A stretch of 64,000 nt of DNA. Origin: a virus. Taxonomy: Duplodnaviria > Caudoviricetes. The stretch spans positions 1-64,000 of IMG/VR virus record IMGVR_UViG_3300044551_000092; one strand, 5' to 3'. A model generated the notes under the pieces. The model searched no databases. It saw only the letters and a program-made list of their open reading frames with translations, and was not told the DNA's origin. Below are positions 1 to 11,671 of the stretch, piece after piece; the first letter of the stretch is position 1; each line of letters starts with the position of its first letter. The position numbers and the translations under genes were made by a program.

Positions 1-27
1 TCTGATGCCATTGCGTATGGTAAGCAG

Positions 28-3000
28 GTCGCACTCTTTATGAGTGCGTGGATTGAAATTTTAGGATCAACGTCAATCACGTCCTGCGGCTCGTGTCGCA
101 CTCTTTATGAGTGCGTGGATTGAAATCTCATACCCGCCGAAATGGCGAGATTTATATAAAGTCGCACTCTTTATGAGTGCGTGGATTGAAATTGGTATTG
201 GATCATCCAAGAAAACCAAAGTGCCGGAGTCGCACTCTTTATGAGTGCGTGGATTGAAATCTTTTTCCAACAACCACAGGACTTAGTAGCGCCGGTCGCA
301 CTCTTTATGAGTGCGTGGATTGAAATTCTAATGTATCGATCCGAATCGCTTTGCTGTTTCCGTCGCACTCTTTATGAGTGCGTGGATTGAAATAATAGCA
401 ATGTCTAGATCGTTCAAACCCTCATTTGTCGCACTCTTTATGAGTGCGTGGATTGAAATTCTTGAAACCAATCCCCCGTGTTCTTGTCTTGGTGTCGCAC
501 TCTTTATGAGTGCGTGGATTGAAATAAATACTCGTTGCCCCTGATCTACTGGGGCATCTTGTCGCACTCTTTATGAGTGCGTGGATTGAAATAACTACTT
601 GGAACTAACTGGGTTACTGATAAAGAGTCGCACTCTTTATGAGTGCGTGGATTGAAATAAAATATAAATGGGTAAAAGTGCAAGGCCCTAAAGGTCGCAT
701 TCTTTATGAGTGCGTGGATTGAAATTTGACGAACTCAAACAACGCGACGCTGAGACGTCGTCGCACTCTTTATGAGTGCGTGGATTGAAATCTATACGGG
801 TAAACCAGGCGGTAGCAGTCATACCGTCGCACTCTTTATGAGTGCGTGGATTGAAATATTTAATCAGTCAAGCTCAACTACAATTACTAATAGTCGCACT
901 CTTTATGAGTGCGTGGATTGAAATAAATACGCTCTCATAGAATCCCCTGAAACATAGCAGTCGCACTCTTTATGAGTGCGTGGATTGAAATCATTCTTCC
1001 CCTGCGCACGTGGCCTGAACTGCTGATGTCGCACTCTTTATGAGTGCGTGGATTGAAATAGCGCACCTGTTGCCTTCTGAGCGGCGTCATCTGGTCGCAC
1101 TCTTTATGAGTGCGTGGATTGAAATGCTCTCAGCCGTTCCACTTCGGATATGAGCCATCCAGTCGCACTCTTTATGAGTGCGTGGATTGAAATGATGCCC
1201 TCCGGATCAATATCTTGGAGGCCCCGGTCGCACTCTTTATGAGTGCGTGGATTGAAATCCGCTGTGAGCCTCCTGCATTGGCGTGACGGGGCGTCGCACT
1301 CTTTATGAGTGCGTGGATTGAAATCCGCTGTGAGCCTCCTGCATTGGCGTGACGGGGCGTCGCACTCTTTATGAGTGCGTGGATTGAAATCCGCTGTGAG
1401 CCTCCTGCATTGGCGTGACGGGGCGTCGCACTCTTTATGAGTGCGTGGATTGAAATCTCGATTTGCTGGGGGATTAAATATCCCTGATAGTCGCACTCTT
1501 TATGAGTGCGTGGATTGAAATTGAACTATCCCGGCAGTAAATGGTCTCTGGCAGAGTCGCACTCTTTATGAGTGCGTGGATTGAAATTTGCACACCGTGG
1601 CGAATTGCTCGATCAGGCAGCCGTCGCACTCTTTATGAGTGCGTGGATTGAAATACCACGCCAGTTATCCAGCAGCGATCCTTCCGTACCGTCGCACTCT
1701 TTATGAGTGCGTGGATTGAAATAAAACTCGGGTCAACGCATTTTTCTTTTGCCTTGTCGCACTCTTTATGAGTGCGTGGATTGAAATTCCGAAACGATCC
1801 GCGCCGTCGCACCGCTACCGTGGGTCGCACTCTTTATGAGTGCGTGGATTGAAATACCGTTGTCGCTTTAATTAAGTCGTCCGGGATGACGTCGCACTCT
1901 TTATGAGTGCGTGGATTGAAATAACGAGCTGACGGATTGCCTAGCTGAGGTGAGAGAGTCGCACTCTTTATGAGTGCGTGGATTGAAATCTTTAGTTTCA
2001 TTTCCTCACCTCCCTTCGGCACGGTCGCACTCTTTATGAGTGCGTGGATTGAAATCCAGCACGGCCGCGCTGCTCGCATCGATTGTCGAGTCGCACTCTT
2101 TATGAGTGCGTGGATTGAAATCAGAAAAGTTTATGCAAGGTGAGTTTAGAGATTACGGTCGCACTCTTTATGAGTGCGTGGATTGAAATTCCGAAACGAT
2201 CCGCGCCGTCGCACCGCTACCGGTCGCACTCTTTATGAGTGCGTGGATTGAAATAACCTGTTATCAGGCCAGTTCCTAACGAATATTTAGTCGCACTCTT
2301 TATGAGTGCGTGGATTGAAATTTAAACTGTGCCTGACCAGATTCCGTGGACAGATGTCGCACTCTTTATGAGTGCGTGGATTGAAATAATACACCCATTG
2401 CTTTTATCGCTCACCTCCTGTATAGTCGCACTCTTTATGAGTGCGTGGATTGAAATTAAATGGATTGCTGAGTTAATTGAGAAATATTTTGTCGCACTCT
2501 TTATGAGTGCGTGGATTGAAATTGATTATCAATGCCCTTGGTGTAAAAAATTTGAGTCGCACTCTTTATGAGTGCGTGGATTGAAATCACTAGAAACTAT
2601 TGAGGATTGGATTGACGGACTGTCGCACTCTTTATGAGTGCGTGGATTGAAATCCATCGTTGTTATCGCAAGTAATCCCTGTGGACGGTCGCACTCTTTA
2701 TGAGTGCGTGGATTGAAATTGCAATGTCCAGTCGCTTGCCGTATAGTTGCCGCGTCGCACTCTTTATGAGTGCGTGGATTGAAATAAAGGAATCGTCAAA
2801 AAATCGATCAATCAGTTTATGTCGCACTCTTTATGAGTGCGTGGATTGAAATGTATCGGTTTTTTCCGCAACCTTCGCGGTATCTGTCGCACTCTTTATG
2901 AGTGCGTGGATTGAAATACGTTTTGACGAATAGAATGGGTGTCGATCACTGGTCGCACTCTTTATGAGTGCGTGTATTGAAATAACACCGAACACAAAAT

Positions 3001-4032
3001 TCCGGAGCTTGACAAAGTCGCACTCTTTATGAGTGCGTGGATTGAAATTTTAGCGTTAATGTCCCAACGGTTGATTGCCGACGGTCGCACTCTTTATGAG
3101 TGCGTGTATTGAAATACTGTCTTCGTCCGATTCATTGCCCCATGAAAACGTCGCACTCTTTATGAGTGCGTGGATTGAAATCGCAGAGCTGTGACTGCCT
3201 GAGATCGTGGCGTCGTGTCGCACTCTTTATGAGTGCGTGGATTGAAATCGTTGCAGGATATCGGCCGCATAATTGCATTCGGTCGCACTCTTTATGAGTG
3301 CGTGGATTGAAATTCCTGACTCAGGTTTGTGTCCATCCATCGTGCGTGTCGCACTCTTTATGAGTGCGTGGATTGAAATATGAGAGCGAACAGGGCCTGA
3401 TTAAACTTTTTCTGGTCGCACTCTTTATGAGTGCGTGGATTGAAATCGCGAGGTGAGTTTACTTTCGACCACGCCGTAAAGTCGCACTCTTTATGAGTGC
3501 GTGGATTGAAATGATGCCAAGAAGTTACATTTGATTGCGCATCAAGGATTGTCGCACTCTTTATGAGTGCGTGGATTGAAATTGGTATCGTGGCATCAGC
3601 CCGAACACTTGCTCCAGTCGCACTCTTTATGAGTGCGTGGATTGAAATACCGGTGACGACGCGTTGTTTATCAATATTTGCCGTCGCACTCTTTATGAGT
3701 GCGTGGATTGAAATAGCAAAGCGATGGATCTACGATGAATGATCTAAGGTCGCACTCTTTATGAGTGCGTGGATTGAAATCTCAGCTGGTGGTTGAATCG
3801 CATGCTGAGGTTATGGTCGCACTCTTTATGAGTGCGTGGATTGAAATTCCCCAGGTCCCTGTAGCCTTGGCCCCTTCGTTGTCGCACTCTTTATGAGTGC
3901 GTGGATTGAAATAGCAACATCATCGGCCTTACTTTTTGCCGCATCAGCGTCGCACTCTTTATGAGTGCGTGGATTGAAATATCTTGGCGAATGTCGATCG
4001 CTTAGTTGACCACGTCGCACTCTTTATGAGTG
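28..4032 (+). CRISPR. Type I-C-like CRISPR array, about 60 full repeats GTCGCACTCTTTATGAGTGCGTGGATTGAAAT plus one truncated repeat; spacers about 33-38 bp; continues left of the window
   Basis: Exact 32-bp repeats every 65-70 bp; GCACTC/GAGTGC internal hairpin and ATTGAAAT end are typical of I-C; single-base variants at about 694, 2952 and 3084; last repeat stops after 19 nt at the IS end. Confidence 0.98.
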
Positions 4033-4111
4033 TGGATAGGCTACACTTGGTTGGACAGATAAATTAAGGCCATGTACACTTGGTTCAAATAGACCAAGGG
4101 AGACCGGAAAT

Positions 4112-4393
4112 ATGAAACGGGAACGGAGAACTTTCTCAAAAGAGTTCAAGGAACAGATTGTCAGCCTGCACGCTTCTGGAAAACCGAGACAGGAAATTAT
4201 CAAAGAATACGACCTCACGCCTTCGGCCTTTGACAAATGGGTCCGTCAACACGCGACGAGTGGTTCTTTCAAAGAGAAAGAGAATCGAACGCCTGAGGAG
4301 AAAGAGTTAGTTCAGCTCAGGAAAGAAAACCAAAAATTGAGAATGGAGAATGATATTTTAAAACAAGCCGCACGGGTCTCGGGACGAAAGTAA
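4112..4393 (+). CDS. IS3 transposase OrfA (HTH)
   Basis: RRTFSKEFKEQIV...LRKENQKLRMENDILKQAA pattern. Confidence 0.92.
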   Translation: MKRERRTFSKEFKEQIVSLHASGKPRQEIIKEYDLTPSAFDKWVRQHATSGSFKEKENRTPEEKELVQLRKENQKLRMENDILKQAARVSGRK

Positions 4394-4395
4394 AT

Positions 4396-5223
4396 GTGAT
4401 TCGTCAGAACTGTCACAAATACTCGGTATCAGCAATGTGCGACGTCCTACAACTTGCTCGCAGTACGTACTATTACGAGGCCAAAACACGTGATCAACAG
4501 GCCAATCAGGAATTGACGCGTCAAGTCATTAAAATCTTTAAAGATAGTCGATCCATCTATGGACAGCGGAAAATCAAAAAAGAACTAGAGAAACAGACGA
4601 AGCAGGTCTCACGGCGACGAATCGGACGGATTATGAAGGAACAGGGTCTGGTCTCAAAATATACGATCACTCAGTTTAAACCACATAAAGCGAGCTGTAA
4701 CGAATCTCCTGTTGGAAATACGTTGAATCGTAAATTCCACCAGGAAAGGGAATTGAAGGTCGTCGTCAGCGATCTGACCTATGTCCGTGTGCAACAAAAA
4801 TGGCGTTATATCTGTGTGCTTGTCGACTTATATAATCGTGAGATTATTGGGTACAGCTCAGGGCCAAATAAAGACGCTCAGTTAGTCTATCAGGCTTTGA
4901 CCACGGTGAAAAGTGACTTAAGTCAACTCGAATTATTCCATACCGATCGAGGTAACGAATTTAAAAACAAGCTGATTGATGAGGCTTTGAAAGCCTTTCA
5001 TATCAAACGCTCACTGAGTCACAAGGGGACGCCTTACGACAATGCCGTTGCGGAAGCGACATTTAAGCCTATCAAAACAGAGTTTATCAATGGGCGTGTT
5101 TTCCCCAGCCAACATGTTCTTGATCTTGAATTATTTGATTATGTGAACTGGTTCAATAATATTCGCATCCATGACTCGCTGGATTATCAAACACCGACTG
5201 AATACAAGTTACAGCACCTTTAA
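4396..5223 (+). CDS. IS3 transposase OrfB (rve DDE core)
   Basis: SDLTY, HTDRGNEF, DNAVAEATF motifs. Confidence 0.93.
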   Translation: MIRQNCHKYSVSAMCDVLQLARSTYYYEAKTRDQQANQELTRQVIKIFKDSRSIYGQRKIKKELEKQTKQVSRRRIGRIMKEQGLVSKYTITQFKPHKASCNESPVGNTLNRKFHQERELKVVVSDLTYVRVQQKWRYICVLVDLYNREIIGYSSGPNKDAQLVYQALTTVKSDLSQLELFHTDRGNEFKNKLIDEALKAFHIKRSLSHKGTPYDNAVAEATFKPIKTEFINGRVFPSQHVLDLELFDYVNWFNNIRIHDSLDYQTPTEYKLQHL

Positions 5224-5253
5224 AAATTTGTTCGATTTAGTGTTGACATACCA

Positions 5254-6292
5254 GTACGATCTCACGCCTTCGACCTTTGACAAATGGGTGCATCAACACC
5301 AGACCAGTGGATCGTTCAAAGAGAAAGATAACCGAACGCCTGAGCATAAAGAACTGATTCACCTCAGGAAAGAAAACCAAAAACTGAGAATGGAGAATGA
5401 TATTTTAAAACAAGCCGCACGGGTCTCGGGACGAAAGTAGAAGTGATCCGGCAAAACCGCCACAAATACACGGCACGCGCATTGTGCGTCGTCCTACAAC
5501 TTTCTCGTAGTACCTACTATTACGAAGCTAAAGCTCGCGAAAAACGAAAGCGGGCCCATCAGAAATAACACGACAAGTGGTCCAAATTTTTAAAGCGAGC
5601 CGATCAAATTATGGACAGCGAAAAATCAAAAAAGAACTAGAGAAACAGGAAAACCGGGTTTCACGGCGACGCATCGGCCGGATCATGAAAGAGCAAGGTC
5701 TAGTTTCAAAATACGCCATCGCTCGGTTTAAGCCGCATCAAGCGGGCTATAACGAGTCTCCGATTGGAAATACGTTGAATCGTCACTTCCACCAGGAGAA
5801 GGAACGGAAGGTCGTTGTCAGCGATCTGACCTATGTTCGGGTGCAGTAAAAGTGGCATTATATCTGCGTACTCGTTGATTTATATAACCGCGAAATTATC
5901 GGTTATAGCTCGGGGCCAATAAAGATGCTCAACTCGTCTACCATGCTTTCGTTACTGTAAAAAGCGACTTACATTGTTTTGAACTCTTCCACACGGATCA
6001 GGGAAACAGGTTGATTGATGAAGCCTTGGAAACGTTTCATATCCAACGCTCACTGAACCACAAGGGTACGCCCTATGATAATACGGTTGCGGAGGCGACG
6101 TTTAAGACCATCGAAACTGGGTTTATTAGCGGGCATGTTTTCCCTAACCAACAAGTCCTTGATCTTGAGTTATTTGATTACGTGCATTGGTTTAACACTA
6201 TTCGCATCCATGGCTCACTGGATTACTTAACACCAACTGAATACAAGTTACAGCACCTTTAAAAATTTGTTCGATTTAGTGTTGACATACCA
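5254..6292 (+). pseudogene. Second IS3 copy, 5'-truncated and decayed
   Basis: Starts mid-orfA (YDLTP); orfB broken into 5577-5849 and 6011-6262; right end AATTTGTTCGATTTAGTGTTGACATACCA identical to the first copy. Confidence 0.9.
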
Positions 6293-6350
6293 TTTTATCT
6301 GAACGTAATGGAATATAAAGTTTTCTCCACATTTTCGACTTGCTCCGGGC

Positions 6351-7653
6351 GATAGGATACGCAATTTGCCAGTGGGTAATAGAAAACCACCCGGAGCTTC
6401 CGGTAGAATGAAGTACGAACATCCCTACGAAGGAACGAAACCTGATGGTTCAAAAAAGTCTACCACAAAATTGACCGACCTGCCATTGCAGTGTGTGACA
6501 GAACCTGATTCCATGTTGTCCCTGTTAGCGTGGCTGTGTGACCGTTTGATGGAGCCCGAAGTGTCTCTGCTAAGATCGGTACCGAAAAATCCCAACAGAT
6601 CTCAGATCGTAAAAACTATCGTTCCGGTATCGGCAACGGCGGTTCGACACTCGGAGGGAACGCTCGATCTAATGATCCCGAAAGTACGCCGCGGTGGCTA
6701 TGTCCCGCTCTTTGTCAACCAGCGCAAACGCAGCGAAGTGGCGCTGATGCAAGGGGTGCAGGAAGCGTTCATTAATGGCGTTTTCACACGCAAAATGGAA
6801 CGACTGGCGAAGCGCCTGGGGATCGAGAGCCTATCCCGTTCTCAGGTCAGCCAGATGGCGAAAGAGATGGGGGAACAGGTCGAGGCGTTTCGCCATCGAC
6901 CGTTGGGCGACAAGCGCTATCCGGTACTGTGGACGGATGTCCTGTTTGTAAAAGTCCACTGTAGCAGTCGAGTAGTTAGGATGACTATTCTGTTCATCTG
7001 CGGCATCAATGAGGCCGGGGAGCGAGAAGTGCTGGACGCCCGGTCGAAATTGGAAGAATCCTGGAAATGGACCGACTGAAACAGTGCGCTGCGACCGCCG
7101 GCACGATCATTTCCGACGCTCGGCGATTAATCGCCGCCGTTCGGGGAAACTTTTCCGGTGTTTCCTGGCAATGATGCAAAGCCTATTTGATGCGCCATGT
7201 GCTGGCCCATATTCCCCATTGGGACTAGCGGATATTTGCCAACGCTCTTAAACGAATTTGGCTGACGCTGAAGGCTGATTCCGTCCACCGGCGGACTGAG
7301 GAACTGGTTGAACCCTACCGACGCCGCTTTCCCCACAGGGGATTCAGATTCTCAAGAATGGACTTGGAGAATTCGCCGTTCTATGCTTTTCTAGATCTGG
7401 ATGCCGGAAGCTGTCCAATACAAATAAGCTGGAAAGGCTAAACAAAGAAATCCGGAGACGGATGCAGATCGCGGGAATTTTTTCGACCCCTGAATCCTAA
7501 CTTCGGCTAGTGGTCACCTATTTGGTTAAACACGCCGAAAAGTAGTTGTCCTTCAGAGCCTGTCTGATGCTCAGTCCATTCAGAAGGCCTCTCCCGTTGT
7601 TGCCGGATTCTTTTTCTTCGAAGTTCAAATTGCGAACTTCTATTAACACTATC
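6351..7653 (+). pseudogene. IS256-family (Mutator) transposase remnant
   Basis: GTLDLMIPKVRRGGYVP, EAFINGVFTRKM, SRSQVS motifs; frameshifted; end resembles an IS256 terminal repeat. Confidence 0.8.
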
Positions 7654-7761
7654 TTAATACCATTCGCCGTTAGATTAGCCAAGCGGACAGTTAGCGTTTT
7701 AGTTTTTCCACATTTAGTTGAGCGAGTAGTTCAGCTACTTGAAAAACATTAACCGGCAAAG

Positions 7762-8937
7762 TCAACACATTCTTTTTTCTTGAAAGGCTTTCACAGCGCT
7801 GATAATTTGTTCTGCTCGGTTGAGCCAAGTGTGAGATTCCATGACTTTGGCTTGACCCGACTTTGCAACGTGCTGTAATTTCTCTGGATTACTGAGAATT
7901 TGCCTTACCTTTGTTCTAATGTTTTCCTTAAAAGAATAGGTTACTAATTCATCTTGACTGAAGTGGGCTTGAAAATATCGATTTTCATTAACAAGACTAA
8001 GGGCGCCTTGAGACATACTGCTAAACACTCGTTCGTGTCCCCCGGCAGTGAAATTCGGCAAAACTGTAAGAACGATTTTAGATTTTCCCATTTTAGATTG
8101 TATTTTTTCATAATTTATAGGGGGATAAAAGTTAATTCTCTTAAAATCATTTGCAATTTTACTCCATCCATTTCCATACACTTCAACTCTGGCGTCAAGA
8201 TGTGATAATTGTTCAATAATCATTTTTCTTCGTACATTGCGAACATACTTATCAGTATCTAACAGGATTTGATAAAACATCGCCATAGGAATGTCATTTA
8301 TATCAATGCTTTCTTCTGTAAAAATATTAGTAAGAGTTTTTTCCAAGGGTTGAAATGTTTCATATAATGAAGCATTGATGATCTTATCATACAACTCAGC
8401 ATACTTTCCTAAAGTCGTTACTAATTTTTTCTGGATTTCTTGCGGTTCAACATATGTTCCTGAAAATAAAATATCAATCGGTCTTTTGCTGTTCCAATGA
8501 ATATCTACCTGTTTTTGCGATGCCCCATGAGGAATAAACAAGCATTGAAAAGACTTATCCAGATATTTTTTAATAAATGACACATGATCCTCGTCAACAC
8601 AAGATACAATAAAATTCTGTATATCTACATTTAAACGTGATAATAAATATACAGGATGATCTACTAAAAAGGTAAACAAAGGGACATGGAGCACGTCAAA
8701 TAAAGCTTTATCATTTGATCTAAGCTGAACACCGGCAGTATTAAATGAAAAGAAAAAGGCAACATGCTTTGATTTTAGTACATTTATGATTTCTGTTAAC
8801 CAATTTGGCTTTGTTATCGAAATGATCTTCGGATCATAACCTAATTCTGAAAAAGCATCTGCCAGATCGGTTGTAAATGAATTCATTACGTCATATTGGC
8901 TACGTCCCTGCAGAAGAATAATTGTTTTTTTATCCAT
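7762..8937 (-). CDS. Glycosyltransferase, CgeB / Glyco_trans_1_2-like
   Basis: VDHP, VEVYGNGW, SKIVL..GGHERVFSSM, HTWLNRAEQI. Confidence 0.8.
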   Translation of the reverse strand: MDKKTIILLQGRSQYDVMNSFTTDLADAFSELGYDPKIISITKPNWLTEIINVLKSKHVAFFFSFNTAGVQLRSNDKALFDVLHVPLFTFLVDHPVYLLSRLNVDIQNFIVSCVDEDHVSFIKKYLDKSFQCLFIPHGASQKQVDIHWNSKRPIDILFSGTYVEPQEIQKKLVTTLGKYAELYDKIINASLYETFQPLEKTLTNIFTEESIDINDIPMAMFYQILLDTDKYVRNVRRKMIIEQLSHLDARVEVYGNGWSKIANDFKRINFYPPINYEKIQSKMGKSKIVLTVLPNFTAGGHERVFSSMSQGALSLVNENRYFQAHFSQDELVTYSFKENIRTKVRQILSNPEKLQHVAKSGQAKVMESHTWLNRAEQIISAVKAFQEKRMC

Positions 8938-9047
8938 GACTAGGCCTCATTTTCTTTTTGTTTTAACCAATAATCATAATAGCATAAAACAATGGTAAAT
9001 AAGGCCTAAGATCTAAACGCGATCAGCTATCTTTAATCTCTTACAGT

Positions 9048-9488
9048 TTATACAATTTGTTGCGACCGTCCAGATAATCCATTAAAAGCAAGTTTATGAG
9101 CTGCATGATTAAATCGGCGCGGAATCCATGTGATTGAAAATTCGTCAAAACAATCGACAACTTCTAAAATTTTATTAGATAAATGTCTGAGATATTTTTT
9201 ATGGCTAATGTTTTGCTGATTAATCATACAAACAAGATTAATACAATCTGTGAAACAATTGACATGCGTCAATCCTTCGTCATGCAAAAAGCAACACGTC
9301 AGATAAAAGGCCAGAAACTCAGCATAATTTGAATCCTGATATCCTACTTTGCGGGAAAAAGCAATGAGCTTCCCCGAATCGTGCTTTATCACCGCTCCGA
9401 TTGAGGACGGATAGACTTTGCGATTCTTTTTTAAACGATAATGGTACTGCGCCGAAGCATCTGTGAATACCTGAACTCGATCCATCAC
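9048..9488 (-). CDS. RNase H-like protein (RVT_3 / RNase HI type)
   Basis: VFTDAS, NYAEFLA, FTDC, WIPRRFNHAAHKLA. Confidence 0.85.
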   Translation of the reverse strand: MMDRVQVFTDASAQYHYRLKKNRKVYPSSIGAVIKHDSGKLIAFSRKVGYQDSNYAEFLAFYLTCCFLHDEGLTHVNCFTDCINLVCMINQQNISHKKYLRHLSNKILEVVDCFDEFSITWIPRRFNHAAHKLAFNGLSGRSQQIV

Positions 9489-9534
9489 GGTGCCTCCACA
9501 TTTAATAAAGGGTTATAATTAAAATATATTCGAC

Positions 9535-9753
9535 TTACTGATTCGCCAGTACAAGATCTGTTGCAAGCCACGTCTTTCCTAAACGATCATTATTATTCCT
9601 CCAGTCCACATCGACGAACAGTCCACCGTAAGATGTGGACAAGACATTACCCCGCACGCTGTCTTCACGATAAGAGACCTTAACCTTATCCCCTTTCTTG
9701 AACAAGTAAATTTTTTTCTTTTCACCATTTAATTCTGCTTTTGCGAACGCCAT
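9535..9753 (-). CDS. Hypothetical protein (SH3-like?)
   Basis: Start moved to the ATG at 9753 behind a GTGGGG RBS. Confidence 0.55.
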   Translation of the reverse strand: MAFAKAELNGEKKKIYLFKKGDKVKVSYREDSVRGNVLSTSYGGLFVDVDWRNNNDRLGKTWLATDLVLANQ

Positions 9754-9786
9754 AATATCCCCACTTTCTGATTTTAATCTAGGCAA

Positions 9787-9800
9787 CTGCCGATAGGCAG
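9787..9800 (-). promoter_or_regulatory. Recurrent hairpin motif copy 1 (CTGCC-TATC-GGCAG)
   Basis: See top finding; about 35 nt upstream of the start at 9753. Confidence 0.65.
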
Positions 9801-9803
9801 ACA

Positions 9804-10022
9804 TTACAGATTAGCGCGGCGCCGTAGCTCTTCGCTCTCGAATCGGTTAAGCTGATAAAGTGAAGTGATCTTTTCAGGCCAATCGGTTGGAATGGGGATT
9901 TTCCCATTTTCAACACCAGATAAAAAGGATGAAGAAACCTCTAACTTTTTAGCCATTGAGAAAAGTAATTCTTGTCGATCCATGCGAAGGCGACGAATAT
10001 AATTACCAAAAGGTGTAAGCAA
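9804..10022 (-). CDS. XRE-family HTH protein
   Basis: FGNYIRRLR...MAKKLEVSSSFLSGVENGK. Confidence 0.85.
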   Translation of the reverse strand: MLTPFGNYIRRLRMDRQELLFSMAKKLEVSSSFLSGVENGKIPIPTDWPEKITSLYQLNRFESEELRRRANL

Positions 10023-10024
10023 AA

Positions 10025-10315
10025 TTATTCCTCCTGTTTATTCATACTTTTTTCTAAAAAATTTTGCATTCGATCAATAGCTTTCTGTAACATATAATCT
10101 TCATTATTTTTCAAATAAATACAATCAGTTTTCAATACAGCGGTCTTGCGATTTTCCGTTGTATATTGCTCTAAAACGGAATAAGTATCATCATCCCTAG
10201 AATGATCTCTTATGATGAAGAAATACTCTCCAATGTGTGTACTATACCAATAACTTTTATGACTGCAGCGTAAAATCTTTATACATGGGGCAAACACAAT
10301 TAAAATTTCCTCCAT
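10025..10315 (-). CDS. Hypothetical protein
   Basis: Co-oriented ORF abutting the next gene. Confidence 0.5.
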   Translation of the reverse strand: MEEILIVFAPCIKILRCSHKSYWYSTHIGEYFFIIRDHSRDDDTYSVLEQYTTENRKTAVLKTDCIYLKNNEDYMLQKAIDRMQNFLEKSMNKQEE

Positions 10316-10413
10316 TTCATAAAATGAGATTAAAGGCGTAGTAACAATATACTATTTTCATCTTCAATATATATTTCGGTCTCTTTCAGAGATTAATAAA
10401 CATAAAAGAAGAT

Positions 10414-10668
10414 TTATTTAGAACTAATTTGAGATTTACATAATCTAAGATCTGACGTATTAAATATAACGGCATGATCGTAATATTCAGGAATGGCTTT
10501 TCCTGTTTGATTCTGACATAAGATAATTGTTACGCCTCTAGGGGGCTTCGGATGAATGTTAATAACTTTTCCAAAAACACGACGACCAAAACGTTCAAAA
10601 TATGCATCATTCGTTTCTACTATATTTCCCACTTCAAAATGAGACATTTTGCTCCTCCTATTTACCAA
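10414..10668 (-). CDS. Hypothetical protein
   Basis: AGGAGGAG RBS before MSHFEVG (true start probably slightly internal). Confidence 0.6.
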   Translation of the reverse strand: MVNRRSKMSHFEVGNIVETNDAYFERFGRRVFGKVINIHPKPPRGVTIILCQNQTGKAIPEYYDHAVIFNTSDLRLCKSQISSK

Positions 10669-11036
10669 TGATAAGCTGTTGATTTATGTGCGTGTTCTTC
10701 TTTATGCATGAGTTCTCCTGGCGCCCCATATTTCCTGTGAATCTCATCTAAGGGCATATGATAAGTTTTTACAGAACTAGCTATGGTACCGGTAGGCATT
10801 GATGCGGGATTATGACGCTTTTCCTGCCTCTTTCTAAAAATTTCATGATTTGTCATCTTACGAGTCGTACATGCTTTTTGAACAGACCAGTGTTTAATTG
10901 ATACTCTCTGATGAATAAGTGATTTAGAAAGTTTTAAACGATTTATGGAATCAAGTAATTCTCCATCAACTTTTTGCCCGGCTACAGTAAAAGGCTTTTT
11001 AATCATTTGGCCAGACCTCCTTATAAAGGCCATCAT
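10662..11036 (-). CDS. Hypothetical protein
   Basis: AGGAGG RBS before MIKKPF. Confidence 0.55.
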   Translation of the reverse strand: MMAFIRRSGQMIKKPFTVAGQKVDGELLDSINRLKLSKSLIHQRVSIKHWSVQKACTTRKMTNHEIFRKRQEKRHNPASMPTGTIASSVKTYHMPLDEIHRKYGAPGELMHKEEHAHKSTAYHW

Positions 11037-11331
11037 GTACCATGTCTAATTTACTTACGGTAAATTCCATACCCATTGCATAACCTTGCTTGTGCATGTC
11101 GCCCTCATGTTCCCACTTGCGATTAGCCTCATTATATCGATTGCGGATCGCCTGAATAACAGCAGGTGCTACTTTAGTCAGCTTACTATTACTCTTTAGG
11201 CACTTGTTTTCTTCTTCAAGTTGTTCAGCGTAACCTAAAAGTTGAAGAATATTATGCAGACCTGGACCAGGGCCCCGATTATACGCAATGTCATCGACCA
11301 ATGATTTAAATTCTTTTAGGACCTTACTCAT
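10999..11331 (-). CDS. Hypothetical protein; C-terminal half paralogous to 23767-23976
   Basis: Shared KWEHEGDM..QGY..G.E.T...LD. Confidence 0.65.
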   Translation of the reverse strand: MSKVLKEFKSLVDDIAYNRGPGPGLHNILQLLGYAEQLEEENKCLKSNSKLTKVAPAVIQAIRNRYNEANRKWEHEGDMHKQGYAMGMEFTVSKLDMVHDGLYKEVWPND

Positions 11332-11671
11332 CGTTTTCTTCCTCCTTGATCCAGGTAAGAAACTCTGGATTTTTTTCAGTCACGAAATGAAGAGTTTTAT
11401 TAACTATTGAACGATCATTTTTGTCTATTTGTTTATACCATAGATGAAATCGTTGTTCGGTTGAAAGTGAATTAGTAATTTTCACACCCGAAGAAATGGC
11501 ATCTACCCAATCTCTTAGTTGACCTACGGAAGGCTCTTAATGCTTTAATTGGTATCTAGCAAGAACAGAAAGTAATTTTTCACCGACTGTTAGTCCTTTG
11601 GTATTTAAGGTTTCCAATATTTCTTCGGACACTTTTTCCTTAAGATTGTAATAATTACCGTGTAACCCCAT
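11324..11671 (-). pseudogene. Hypothetical gene with an internal in-frame TAA (11537-11539)
   Basis: GGGGGA RBS plus ATG; 44 codons, TAA, then an open frame that overlaps the next start. Confidence 0.55.

Larger units (their letters stand above)
4033..5253 (+). mobile_element. IS3-family insertion sequence, apparently intact
   Basis: TG...CA ends with imperfect terminal inverted repeats (TGGATAGGCTACACT vs reverse complement TGGTATGTCAACACT); orfA plus orfB. Confidence 0.9.

Noticed and set aside
28-4013. Spacers targeting the adjacent phage-like region
   Set aside because: None recognised by eye; not excluded without an alignment
73-4020. ORFs containing ISIHALIKSAT / VALFMSAWIEI
   Set aside because: Translations of the CRISPR repeats
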